This document shows, piece by piece, positions 13,713 through 25,821 of a DNA stretch of 64,000 bases (positions are counted from its first letter, which is position 1; each line of letters opens with the position of its first letter). The notes under the pieces were generated by a model, which was not told the DNA's origin, searched no databases, and saw nothing but the letters and a program-made list of their open reading frames with translations. Location: the NCBI RefSeq assembly GCF_963506605.1, contig NC_083277.1:75206001-75270000 (forward strand), written 5' to 3'. Position numbers and translations under genes: made by a program. This stretch comes from Zootoca vivipara (lineage: Eukaryota).

Positions 13713-16180
13713 CCCACCACACATTTTACACAAACACAGACAATCCATGCCCAGCAATGTGTTGAAAGCTGGATCACTGCTTCCTTTAAATCTTCAGTTT
13801 AGGTAGTAGTAAATTGTGTAGTAGTAATTGAGCTGTTATGATCTTGGATTTTAAAAGAAGTTCCCCAAAGCTATGTACTTCTGATGTGTTTCTCTTATGT
13901 GCAAATTGCTTAGTGCTGCTTTAGCAGCCTGGCAAAGTTTTCTTATGGAGGTATTTCTCAAATAATTTCCAAAAGTAAGAATCAGATGGGATACCATTCA
14001 CAGCAGTATATACAAGCAGCAGATATAGTTAGTGTGTCTGTATGTTTAAGCCAATTCCAAACCTGGCTGGCCTACTTTGGCACTAGAGCATTTGGTAGAA
14101 TAAGCTTTCTGCTAGCTGCCAATGCAGGAAAGCTATTAATGGATCAAGACCAAGGAGCCAGCTTTCACGTAGAGTGTAATACATCATTATTATGTATTAG
14201 GGAGAATTCAGGGGAAAGATTTTTAAGATACTGCAGCTCCAAAGTGACTGGAATAAGCATATTTATGACTATTCCCCCTGCCCCTTTAAGATTTCTTATT
14301 TAGAAGATTACCTGCTTTATACGGTAGAACTTGCATTGCTACCATACTGGGAAGTAAATTACTAATATTGGGGTTCATCTACTTCACTACTGCCTTTAAG
14401 CATCATGCATCCTCTTAAAATCTGAATAAATAAGTAACAAAACAGCATTTATAAATGAGGCACAGATACTGCTAGCAATACCACAACAAGATAATATCCC
14501 TACTGCAAATGGATTTTTTTAATGACTTCTTAAATAATTAGTATTACATACTATCAAGCATTTGAGCGACTTATCAAAATGATAACAGTAAACTCTTAGG
14601 CTAGAATAGCAAGTGTCGAGTCTACAAGAGACCCAATGTGAAAGGTTTTTTATTGTTTTGTGTGTGTGGGGGGGGGGTGCTATATTATTTTGTTTATATG
14701 CTGAAAACAATGAGGTCACAGGGGCCTCATAGCCAAACTATGGTTACCATAAACAAGCAAGAATGCTGGTTCCCAGAAAGACATTCGTGACTATTTTACT
14801 GCTCCCCTAGTCCCGCTGCTGCTGTGTTGGGAGGTAAGCTTAGTGTTTTGACCCCCACATCTGCTCTGGAGGGTTCACCCAACTCTCAAGAGCAGGTTTT
14901 TGGTATGTGAGGGCACTGCGGGGGCAGGTGAGAGGATAAAAAGGGGACAGTGTGGGGTAAATCTGTTCCACAAGCAGGCAGACTCTGCTGGAAATCATCC
15001 CTGGCATTTATACTGAGGGGCAGTATAAACAGATGAGAAAAAGGTGAATTGTGCTCATAAACCTTCCCAATGGGTGGAGGCAAACTGAGAGCGTCTCCCA
15101 ACCAGAATCAAATGGGAGTTTATACTGAGCAGTGGGAAGTTAGAGAGATAAGGAGGGGCAGAGACATCTCACTGCATCCCACCCCAGTGTCAATACTATG
15201 GTCATTGGAAGGGACGCATGCCTACAGTCAAAGAGAGAAGGATCAATTATGGGGCCTTCCTCTAGTTATTTCAGGTGGTATACCAACAGCAATGGCTGTA
15301 GTGAATATTATACAAGTAAATTTAAACTGTTAGGGCATGTCTATATAGTCTCACATGAAATAAGGCTTACTTGTCAGGATGTAACTCAAGGTGTGGACAA
15401 GGAGGTAAGAGCACGAATAATCTAGACCTACGTCCATTATGGTTTTCCTTTTCCAAAATAAAAAAATAAAAATAAAAATACCACCCACAACAAAGCAGTG
15501 AACTAATTCAACTTGTGGGTGCATGACCAAAGGAAACCTTCGGCATAATGGGAGGCAGGCAGCCTCTTCGTGCACATTACAATTTACTCTCATGCCATGT
15601 ATAAAGTTTCCACCATATCTGCCAAATAGATCAGTGGCCAAAATAACTTTGGCACATTGCATGCCCAACCCCATTTTGATGGCAAAAGCACTTTGCTTCC
15701 AGGGTGGTGACACCTACATCGTATCGCCTGGCACAGCACAACATGAGCTAATAGGAAAAAGGTCTGTTCTATGAGAACCATTCCACCATCTGAAACAACC
15801 TAGGAGAGAATACCAAGTCCAGGATTTACACCATGTTGATCCAGATTTTTTCCCCTAAAACAAGAAATTATGGCTCACTAATATAAGGCAGTATGAAATT
15901 GGGGGGGGGGTGTGAAAAGAAGAAAGAGGCCAGAAACCAAAAGAGCAAATACAGAGCAAACAGGACTCAAGAAAGTACAAGTATAATAAAAATATGATTT
16001 TTATTTTCATTGGAATTAGATTACAATTCAGCAAGTTTGTTCCATTCAGGCCACTGATTACAATCTCAGCTACTTATCAAGTCTTCAGTGACCACAAGGC
16101 AGCATTCATTGTCCCACCCCATTTTATTTTAACAAGAACAAAAGTGTGAGGTAAGTTAGGCTGAGAGATAGTGACTAGAT

Positions 16181-16316
16181 CAGGCATCCCCAAACTGCGG
16201 CCCTCCAGATGTTTTGGCCTACAACTCCCATGATCCCTAGCTAACAGGACCAGTGGTCAGGGATGATGGGAATTGTAGTCCAAAACATCTGGAGGGCCGA
16301 AGTTTGGGGGTGCCTG
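16181..16316. mobile_element. hAT (Charlie-like) MITE
   Basis: TIR CAGGCATCCCCAAACT/AGTTTGGGGGTGCCTG; perfect 8-bp TSD GACTAGAT. Confidence 0.9.
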
Positions 16317-16353
16317 GACTAGATCAAAGTCACTCAGTGAGCATGATAATTGA

Positions 16354-16883
16354 CACCAGGAATCACAAGACAGAGAAACCAGTAGGAGAACACTTCAGTC
16401 TCCCAGGAGATCATTCTATACAAGATCTCAAAGTAGCTGTCTTATTACAAAATAATTTCAGAAATAGACTGGAAAGTGAAATTGCTGAATTGCGACTTAT
16501 TACCAAACTTAAAACCATGGAGAGACCTGGTCTGAATAGAGACATTGGATTCTTATCACATTATACATGATAAAGCTATTTTTAGCCACCTCACCCCTTG
16601 CTTTTTCCTGTGAGACCAATTGCAGTAGTTAACAGTCATCAACAGGTTTACCACACCTATCAGCCAATCACCCATTCCCACCACCCTTCTGAGTAATACC
16701 CCTCCACACCCTCTCACTATATATAAGCATCTGGTGACTTCTGTTTCAGTGTATCTGAAGAAGTGTGCATGCACACGAAAGCTCATACCAATAACAAACT
16801 TAGTTGGTCTCTAAGGTGCTACTGGGAGGATTTTTTTAATTTTGTTTCGACTATGGCAGACCAACATGGCTACCTACCTGCAA
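16354..16883 (+). mobile_element. Penelope-like retroelement, 5'-truncated (GIY-YIG endonuclease C-terminus plus terminal repeat)
   Basis: Frame reads TRNHKTEKPVGEHFSLPGDHSIQDLKVAVLLQNNFRNRLESEIAELRLITKLKTMERPGLNRDIGFLSHYT*, typical of the PLE endonuclease end; 12-bp direct repeat CATGATAATTGA on both sides; hammerhead motif downstream. Confidence 0.9.
16751..16788 (+). ncRNA. Minimal type I hammerhead ribozyme motif (Penelope-borne)
   Basis: GTAT-CTGAAGA-A-GTGTGC AT GCACAC-GAAA-GCTC-ATAC: stem I GTAT/ATAC, CUGANGA box, stem II, GAAA box, palindromic AGCU stem III. Confidence 0.8.
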
Positions 16884-17673
16884 CATGATAATTGAGGATT
16901 TGAACGTGGTCTCCTGACGCCTAGTCTAACACACTAGCCACTATACCTCTCTAATGCCTATGAGTCAAGTGCTTTGAAACTTAATTGTGTTTAAGAGATC
17001 TGAAAGTGCTCTCTGTGGTGTAATTGCTGGTGGTCTATTCATATTACTGTACATCAAACAATGAAGAAACCACAGATAACAATTGCAGCACCTATCTGTT
17101 CTATTATTATAGGTAAACAAAATTAAATGGCTGATGATGATCTCGCAAGTACACCTTCTCTCCTCCACCCAGTCCCAAAGGATCTTGAGTCATCCAATAG
17201 ATTTTTAGCCTCTGAACAGTTGTATTTCATCAGTTTTTTGAACCACCTTTGCAGACTCCAGGTGAAAAAAAAAGTTGTTGCAAGGCACTCAAATCAAGAA
17301 ACCAGTCCTTAGGTTTGGGACTTGCTGTAATGCCCAGATTCAGATCATGAGTGTATGGAAGCAATTGTAACAGGTGCTCACTTTCTGAATTTTCCTCTCC
17401 TCTAGGCAGCCGAGTGTGTGTTCTGGCTCATAAAGCACAGCTAGTGCCCTTGGCTCATCTCCCTTTGGAAAACACACTTTTCATCTTATGTCCAGAACTA
17501 GATAGGAATATTCTGTATGGCTTTTGCCACCAACTTTCAGATCAAATCAGACCTTCCATTAGGCCTAGGTGATATATCCATACTAGCTGTACCCGGCCAC
17601 GCGTTGCTGTGGCTCAGTCTGTTAAATGGAAAAGAAAGAAAAGAGAAAGCGCACATTTCTAATATGTTTAATT

Positions 17674-17846
17674 TCACAAAGCTTGTGGGTATACAATATT
17701 TTTTGTTGTTCCATTGTCTGTGTAGATATAGAGAATGTCTGGTTGCCGACTCTAGAACACGCAACATATAATTGTCCATGTAAGAAGCAGTCCATGTCTA
17801 GATCTAAACCGCATAATTCTAAAGATTGGCCCTGAGCTTTGTTGAT
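17674..17846 (-). pseudogene. Helitron RepHel PIF1-type helicase C-terminal remnant
   Basis: INKAQGQSLELCGLDLDMDCFLHGQLYVACSRVG (helicase motifs V and VI), then after a 1-nt frameshift PDILYIYTDNGTTKNIVYPQAL*. Confidence 0.9.
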
Positions 17847-18162
17847 AGATAAGACACACATGCCAGGCTTCCATTGAAAGCAGAGCGCCCCCTCCCCCCC
17901 AAAAAAAGACTCTCCCACCCACGCATATTCTGGAAAATCCCCCCACCCCACCCACCCCCAAAATAAACCATGGGCAAACCCCACCCCGCCCCATTCATTC
18001 TCCACAAAGCCACACCCCTCCTCCACTCAGCTCCCCCGTTCCCCACCCCAGCCGCATGATGTCACGACACCCCTTTCTCTGGTCTCCCTGTCGTGTGATG
18101 TCATCTTCCTCCCGCCTGACACCAGCTGCCACCCCAACCCCTCTCTCTCCACCCCTTGTATA

Positions 18163-18264
18163 ACCCATGGTCATCTTGGGGAGGGCCTGGCCGCTTCCCC
18201 TGGCAGGTCCCGGCAGACGAGGGGGCAGGTGACCCAGCTGCAGTTGTTTCTCCAAGGCGGACAT
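18163..18264 (-). pseudogene. PPME1: Captured fragment of PPME1 first coding exon, inside the Helitron
   Basis: gccATG start; MSALEKQLQLGHLPPRLPGPARGSGQALPKMTMG aligns without gaps to the recalled human PPME1 N-terminus MSALEKSMHLGRLPSRPPLPGSGGSQSGAKMRMG (19/34 identical); GC/CpG-rich 5'UTR-like sequence upstream. Confidence 0.8.
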
Positions 18265-21079
18265 GGCGAGGGCGGTGGGGAGAGGCAAGGCGGCGGTGTA
18301 GGGGCAGGATCCGGCACCCATCCTCCCAGAAGGAGCCGCCGGCCAGCCACTCCCAGCAGCCTCTGCGCGCTCGCGCTGGAAGGACACCGCCCCAAGGCGT
18401 CCTGAGAGTAAAATATTAAGTATAGCGTGTGTTGCTTTGATGTCCAACAGATGGTGGTGTTTTTCAAGAAAACATGTTTTTACCTGTCACAGGTGTGACA
18501 TCTATATAATATTGGTATATAAAAACACGCTCTTATTCAAATGCAACGTCAAATCAATCAGTGAAGAACTTTCAGAGATTTAAGATTTTGAACAAACGAA
18601 CATTTACATTTTTATTTATACAGAGAAGATATCGCCCAGGACCAGTATGAGGAGTAGACCGCGATGTTGGCTTCACTCAGAGGTATATTGCTGGTGAAAC
18701 CGCCACAGCTCCTGAGTCCCTCTGCCAGTGACTTCCCCCAGCGAGCATTACTAGCAGAGCTACTCAGGAGCAATGGCGGTTTCACCAGCGATATATCGCT
18801 AAGTGAAGCCGCCATCCCACTCTGCCCTCATACTGCGGAGAGGGTCAAAAAATCTGCATCAGTGAGGCCCCAATACAGCTTGTTCCTTCCTCTTCATTTT
18901 TAAACTACTCGGGTGAGGAGTGTGCAGTTGCCATTCCCCTCAGCTGAGCAGTTAAAGGATCCCCCAGCCTGGCACTGGCTCCCACGCAAGCAGGGGGAGC
19001 ACTGGGGATGGCTTGGCTAAGGATCAGGAGCCCTCCCATGCCCCAGCTGAGCCATACAAACAAGCTGTGTTGTCCCAGCCTGCTAGGCACTGAGGTGAAA
19101 CCGCCTCAGCTCCCGCAGTGAGACCTGTGGCAATTTCACCTGGTGCCTCGCAGGCTGATGCCAATGCAGCTTGTTTTTTCAACATTGTGGTATATCGCCA
19201 GACCGCGATGTTTGGCTGGTGATATACCGCAATGCTGAAATGCTGATATCGCCCAGCCCTAACTTCCATTGTGGTTTTGTCTACCCTTAGCAGCATCCGA
19301 TCCACCCTTCTCGAAAATTAACTTACTACATATGAAAATAACAAAACCACTGGGCAAAAGTATGAGAGAGAGAAAGTTATACATTAAAATTGGAACTGGG
19401 TATCACATTTGTGCTGCAGAAAAAACAAGCAAACTCTGTAATATAATGTATTCTCTTTCCAGAAACCTGCAATGCATTATGCTGCCAATAATGCTGTGCA
19501 ATGAATTAATTCTCTCTCTACATTCCATGGTGTGCATTACTGGCAAAATAATTCATTAGGGTCATTGTTCACAGAGAAACTGGAGAAAGGAGCTGAATGA
19601 AGGGGCTTGTATCAAAATAGGAATCCTAACCGCTGGATACTAAACCCACCAGACTCACAAAAACTTTGTGACCACCAGATTACCAGAAACGGATTCCATT
19701 CACAATGAGGAGCTAAATGAAATGTCACTTAAAAAGATGGACCCAAACACACAGACTGCATGTTCCAAGTAACCACATCAGACTACGGGCCTGAAACATT
19801 TGGTAGCAACAAACTCCCTAATTCAGCACGTTAAGCATTTAGACACTATTAAGCTAATATCCAAACTCTGAAGCACCAGAAATAAAGCATCACCGATTCA
19901 ACATGATTTTGGGAAAAATAAATTCCTCATCCTACAATCATTCAAGGCAGCAAAGCAACATCTGAAGCAGTAGTGGGTATGAAAACATGGCAAGTGGGGC
20001 AAAGTCTACTAGCCACCTTCCTTGTTTATCAAACACAGCTCCATCCCTGTCTTAACTGTTAGAGGCAAGTAACTTCACTGGACACAGAAGGCCCATGGAA
20101 TGCATGAAGGAGAGACTGAGGGAATCCAGACTACATCTACCGGTAGGTTTCCTTAGGAGCAGGACAAATTGCACCAGTTGTGACCCTGCACGTGAATCTT
20201 ATGCCCAACCCATGTAATTAAGCACTTGGGCTTAATTTAGGGTTTATACGAAGCTTTAGAGAAAGCAAGTTCTCCTCCGCAATGAAGCAGTTGGTGTTTT
20301 AAAGGCCACATTCACATGCTGAGCATGGAAGACCCAGAGCAACTCTGGCAAAGTTGTGAAGTAGCTTCTTTGCTGCTGCTTCTCTCATTTATTTCCTACA
20401 CGTCTAATCTCCTTTTTAGACAAATTGACTTTCAAAGCAGCTGGCAACATTAAAATCAATCCATAATACCAAGTAAAATATCCAATAAAGGCAGCAGTCA
20501 AAAATAAAACTCAAACACACAAAAAGGAAACAGGAGCAATAAAACATAACCCGGTTCCAGTAAAACTTTGAAGTCAAATATCTGCAGTGAACATCAAAAC
20601 ATGTCCTTAAAAAGAATTTCTGAAGAGGACGATCTTAACTTTAGTTATCTGGCAGTCTCCATGCATTAGGGAACATTCCCCCCCACCCCCAAGCTCGCCC
20701 TCTTCTGTACTCAGGAGGTGTAGACTCTCCTTTCATCATGGATGCTTTAACTGAGATTCCTGAGTTGCAGGGGGTTGAACAATTCTATACTACTATCCTG
20801 CTCCAGCATGTCTGGAACCAAGAGGATGGTCCTCAGAAAGAAGGAAAGGTGTTAAATGGATCATCATTAATGCTGGCACTTCCAATAAGCATGGAAAACC
20901 ATAGGAGACGAACCAGCCGCAGGACTTCACAATCCATTCAGGGCAGCTGTCATGTAAAAGTATAAAACTGTCACCTGACCAAAATACTCTGTGCCATCCC
21001 AAATGTAGGTCAGATAATAGGTTATAGCCCTCCAGAACAGGAACCCCAGAATAAGGCAAAAACACAGCAGTAATCTTAC

Positions 21080-21160
21080 CTGCAGGTCAAAGAACTTGCT
21101 GTACCGTCGATAAATTGATTCAGTGGCGCCATTGGACCAGGTGACTTTGATAATGTATAC
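21080..21160 (-). CDS. SH3PXD2B: SH3PXD2B (TKS4) coding exon 2, PX domain
   Basis: cag|[27 protein letters not shown]|gtaag; 81 nt, phase 0/0, continues exon 1 in frame. Confidence 0.95.
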
Positions 21161-22219
21161 CTGTGGGGAAGAATGAAGACACTTTAGGGAACTCAGATCA
21201 CATCAAAATGCTGTTTCGATGCTTCCATAGTTCATTAAAGAGATACTTTAATTAATCCTTAGAAGATTATCATTGTCTGGGCAGCTATTCAGAAAGGGCA
21301 GTAGCTGTGGGTGGTTTCTTTGTATCATTTACATGCTAACTTTTTTTGTATTGAAAGGGGCCGCTTTAATGAAAATCCTTTTTATTCACCTTTCTTGCCC
21401 TTTTTAAAGATTTATCTGTAATCCCCATAGCTGTGATTTTCAAAAGAAAATCACAAGAAGCCCAAGTGAGGTCAAAAGCATTAACTGTCATTCACACATT
21501 CCTCACATGTAGAGCTGCTGTGTTTTAACTGAGGACCAGGACCACACTTTTAACTTTGCTTCCTAAAACAACCATGCATTGTCTACAATAGTCTGTAAGT
21601 GAAAACTCAGTGCATGAGCTGCTCCATGCATGAAGCTGCTCGGCACAATCAGGCCACGCAGCTGCGCAGGTGTCCCAGCTGCAGGGAGCCCCTCTAAAAG
21701 CAAGCAGAACCTTGCAGGTTTCTTGTTTCTTTCCAGACAACTGCACACAATGCAATTTTGTTCCAGGAAAATAGATGTGCTCTCAGGGACAGGGCTAAAA
21801 GACACAGCCCCACTTTATAGTCAATGCACAATTGGCGCACAATTGTGTGAACAGGGCTTCCAGCTTGGCTGTATAATGATGCAATAGAACAAATAAGAGC
21901 CAGCTATGTGATAACATCTGTAACAGCTAGGGAAACACTTCCTGGCTTCACTGGGGACTGAGTTTTTTTTTTAAAAAAAATGTTGCTCAGCAGCAACTGC
22001 AGGGAGTACAATCATTGCTATAGGGTGGAGTGGGGCAAACGCTTCATCCACGCTCCCCTGGAACCTTCAGGGTTGTACTGCTGGGAAACATTTTGGTTTG
22101 ATCTTCTGAATGGCTGCTCAAGGTAAATGAAACCCCACAATGAAGAACCCTCATGCAGGCAAAATTAATGTATCTTACGTTATTTTGTTTGTTTGCCTGT
22201 TTAACACATTTCTATACCG

Positions 22220-22447
22220 CTTTGGCCACCTCATGAGAAGAGAAAACTCCCTGGAAAAGACCCTGATGTTGGGAAAGATTGAGGGCACAAGGAGAAGGGG
22301 ACGACAGAGGACGAGATGGTTGGACAGTGTTCTCGAAGCCACCAACGTGAGTCTGACCAAACTGCGGGAGGCAGTGCAAGAAAGGAGTGCCTGGTGTGCT
22401 CTGGTCCATGGGGTCACGAAGAGTCGGACACGACTAAACAACAACAA
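22220..22447 (+). mobile_element. BovB (RTE) 3' fragment
   Basis: FGHLMRRENSLEKTLMLGKIEGTRRRGRQRTRWLD remnant, (CAA)n tail, flanking direct repeat ATACCGCTT. Confidence 0.9.
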
Positions 22448-25400
22448 ATACCGCTTAATCATTCCCATTTCAGAGCAGTTGCTTTCATCAATATCTATGA
22501 CTAGCAGTTTGATATCCTTCATACAGATTGTCTGTAGCCACAAATTTGAGTCTTGGAAAGGGACAAGAGTGTGCCTCGCTTCATTAGCATCTAAATTTGG
22601 CTTCCAGTCCCTCAACACACTTGAGTAAATTTATCACCAACACTACAATCCCAAAGGCCTGAGTGCAATGGCGGCACAGAGCAGACATGGATTAAAAGCA
22701 TCAGGAATACGCTCCCTGTGAATGTTCTTCAGAGTTAGGTAATTTCCCACCCACTTGCAGAATTTACTGCCCTGAGAAAACTGGTAAATATTTAGAGATC
22801 GCAGGCTGTTAGTCTTGGCTGTTGGCCATGCCACACAACAGCCATATCTCCTCCTGGGGTTCTGCTGCTGTCATTGCTTTCCTCTGTTTGCTCAGCTCTT
22901 GGGAAAAAGAGCATCTTGCATCCAATATTTGTTGTGTCTAAGAATCTGAAACCACTTTACCCAGCCTTGCTAGCTATTTAGGGGTGGACTGACTTGGGGC
23001 AACAAAGTTTTCCCCACAGTACAATGAATTCACATCCCTGAGAAATAAAAAGTTCCAGTGCCACAAGGCTTGGTTTCCCAGGCATGAGAGCGCCTTAAAA
23101 CAAACACTATAAAAGGCACCTTATTTTATATATAGAAGCAGAATATAAGTTGAGAGTAAGCAAGGGCCTCAGCAATACAGACTCATAAGACAGTAATGGG
23201 GAGCCTCAAACCCTCCAGAATATGTTGTTGCACTACAACTCCCATAAGCCCTAATCATTGGCCATGCTGGCTGGGACTGATGGGAACTGTAGTCTAATCT
23301 TTAGGGCCACAGGTTCCCCAGCCCTGATCTGAAGAGAAACATGGACAGCCCATCCTCAAGGCTATCCCCACTTTCTGCTAGCTCCTGCCAGAAACTTTCC
23401 TTTCTCCATCTCTTCCAAACCACAAACAGCAGCTTCTCCTCCTCTCCAAACACACACACACAGCTGTCATCCACTCCCTTCAGTTAACAAGAACTCACTC
23501 TCTCCAAGCCCTGATGGGCACAGGGAAGTTCCTGATGATCAGGAAGCCATCTCCTAACTATTAGCCCCCATGGCAACAAAGAAACATCAACAGTTCATCC
23601 TGGACAGTTCATCCTGGACCAGCATTCTGACCAACAGAAGCATGTACCAATATGTTTCTCTCTGATAAAGCTTCTCTGTATATTTTGTGAAAATACATTA
23701 TTAAATGTTAACTTTATTCTGTTTCAAAGCTTTCGTCACTGGTTGAGCTTACCTATGCAGGTCACTCCCACCTCAGGCAAGGTCACAAAAATGGAACCTC
23801 TACTGGGAGCCTGTGGTTTATTTCATTCTTTCCTTTTGCTCTCCTCCCCCTGAAGCTGCAATAACAATTCTGGAGTGACTCCCTTGTGCAGAAGGACCTC
23901 CATCTCCTTGGAAGTGGGACCTATAAACACTTGGTTACATACTTCTCTATGGCTGGTATTCCAGTTCAGTTATAGCTCAACCACTTTTGCTAACTTCTCC
24001 ACAAATCCCTGAAACATCTCCCCCCCCCCCCAAATGTACACACAACCTTCTGTTTCTGGAGAGCATCTATTCTATCTCCCAGGCTACCCCCATCTCCTCC
24101 ACTCCTTTCTCTGTTGCACTTCCACATTTGATATTTGTCCTGTTGTAATCAAGTCCCTCTCTATAACTTTCTTCTCCTGCTCTCCATTCTTTGCCTTCAA
24201 TGGCCAGAATCACATACAAAGCACCCCTTAGCAACAGGTACCAGATGCTTCATGATGTATATTGCTGAATTCCATGTCTGTGTGTACGCAACATAAAGAG
24301 ACTAGGGATGCATCAATTCCCATTTGAAGGAAAAGAACACCCCTGAAGAATTGGTCCACCTTAGCCCCAGTCCTTTACAACCCTAGCAAAGATACCATTT
24401 CAAAAACCTCAAGTAGGAAGTCAAAATTATCGCTTTTGCAAGATGGATGTGGATTTCTCTCTCACACACACACTTTCCTCTCCCCCACCCCCGAGTATTG
24501 TATTGCAATCTCTTACTTTCCCAGGTTTTGCTTAACTACTCTGAGCTTTAAATAAAATCAGTCCCTTGTAAGTAGTTTCCACAAATCTGATTAAAGTCTC
24601 ATGAGAATAGGCTTGAAATACAGGCAGCATAAAGGGAAAGTAACAAAGATATACAGGCTTTTCCAGCCCCAGTAGAAGGCTCTCCCCCCCTCTCTCCCTC
24701 TCTAGGCAGGCTGCCAAAAGTGATCCATTACTGAAATGCTATAGAATGCTTAGCGAGCCAGAACTTCTGGGGGCCAAAGACCTAAATGATGTCATGCTGG
24801 CTGCTTTGCGGCAAGCCCTTTTGGTGAACCAAGTGCATCTTGGGAGTCCTCTAGAGGAAATGGAATACTTTATTAGGTGGAGATAGCCTCTGCATGCTTG
24901 ATCATACTGCAGAAGGGGACTGTGTGTCTGATTTCCACATCCCAGGAAGACGTTAAGAAGGGGAGCTTTCCCAGCAACCTTTGAACCAACCATTCTGTGA
25001 TCAGTATGACTCACGCACACTGAAATCATGGATTGGCCCACACACTCACCATTCTGATAATTTCATATGCATAGTGGGACACTGGAGCCGAGTGAGGTAA
25101 CTAGCCACCTGCTCAAAGCAGCATCCACTGCACAACAAGAACACACATACTGCACACCACAAATTTCACCATATTCATGTCCTGCTTACGGGCTTCCCAT
25201 AAGCATTTCACTGGTTAATGTGGAAGCAGAAGGCTGAACTAGACAGGGTCTTCTTACATCTAAACGAAGGCTCCCCTGTTGAAAACCCAATGTCCTAACT
25301 TCAGATCACTGTACTAGCTAATGTGTGGACTGGCCCTATGACTTCTAGGTAGAAGGAAAAATCAACTGGCTAATTTGTAGGGCTTGCTTATCAGTAAGAA

Positions 25401-25571
25401 TTGGAAATTTGGTAAAAACTACTTTTTTCCTGCTTTTTGGGTCAAGTATCCACTATAGAGATGAGTATTCTCGTCACAAAACATTCTCCTTTCTAACCAC
25501 ACCCATTTATATGGATGGGAAAATGCTGAGGAAGTGACCATAGCAAAAGATCAAAATAAAACAAAGAACTG

Positions 25572-25821
25572 TCAACCTAGCAGTTCGAAAGCATGTCAAA
25601 GTGCAAGTAGATAAATAGGTACCACTCCGGCGGGAAGGTAAATGGTGTTTCCGTGCGCTGCTTTGGTTTCGCCAGAAGCGGCTTAGTCATGCTGGCCACA
25701 TGACCTGGGAAAACTGTCTGCGGACAAACGTCGGCTCCCTTGGCCAGTAAAGCAAGATTAGCGCCGCAACCCCAGAGTCATTCACAACTGGACTTAACTG
25801 TCAGGGGTCCTTTACCTTTAC
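25572..25821 (+). mobile_element. Sauria SINE, 5'-truncated
   Basis: Matches the 3' two-thirds of the 3700-4058 copy; ends GGGGTCCTTTACCTTTA. Confidence 0.9.

Larger units (their letters stand above)
16140..16948 (-). mobile_element. Old tRNA-derived SINE split by two later insertions
   Basis: GTGAGGTAAGTTAGGCTGAGAGATAGTGAC..CAAAGTCACTCAGTGAGC..GGATTTGAAC..CTAGTCTAACACACTAGCCACTA becomes contiguous once the MITE and Penelope are removed; GGATTTGAAC is a reversed B box. Confidence 0.55.
17583..18629 (-). mobile_element. Non-autonomous Helitron
   Basis: Minus strand starts A|TCTTCTCTGTATAAATAAAAATGTAAATG and ends with hairpin GCCAC-agcaacgc-GTGGC followed by CTAG|T; inserted at an AT with no TSD; carries a helicase remnant. 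Confidence 0.9.
17560..19261. mobile_element. hAT-type non-autonomous element interrupted by a Helitron
   Basis: TIRs TAGGCCTAGGTGATAT / ATATCGCCCAGCCCTA; 8-bp TSD CCTTCCAT (17552-17559) / ACTTCCAT (19262-19269). Confidence 0.75.

Noticed and set aside
1-21000. SH3PXD2B exon 3 (MQMLDKFP...)
   Set aside because: No matching sequence found by eye; it probably lies beyond the window start, though I could have missed it.
22140-22628. 162-aa ORF
   Set aside because: Chance read-through of a BovB 3' fragment and its flanks.
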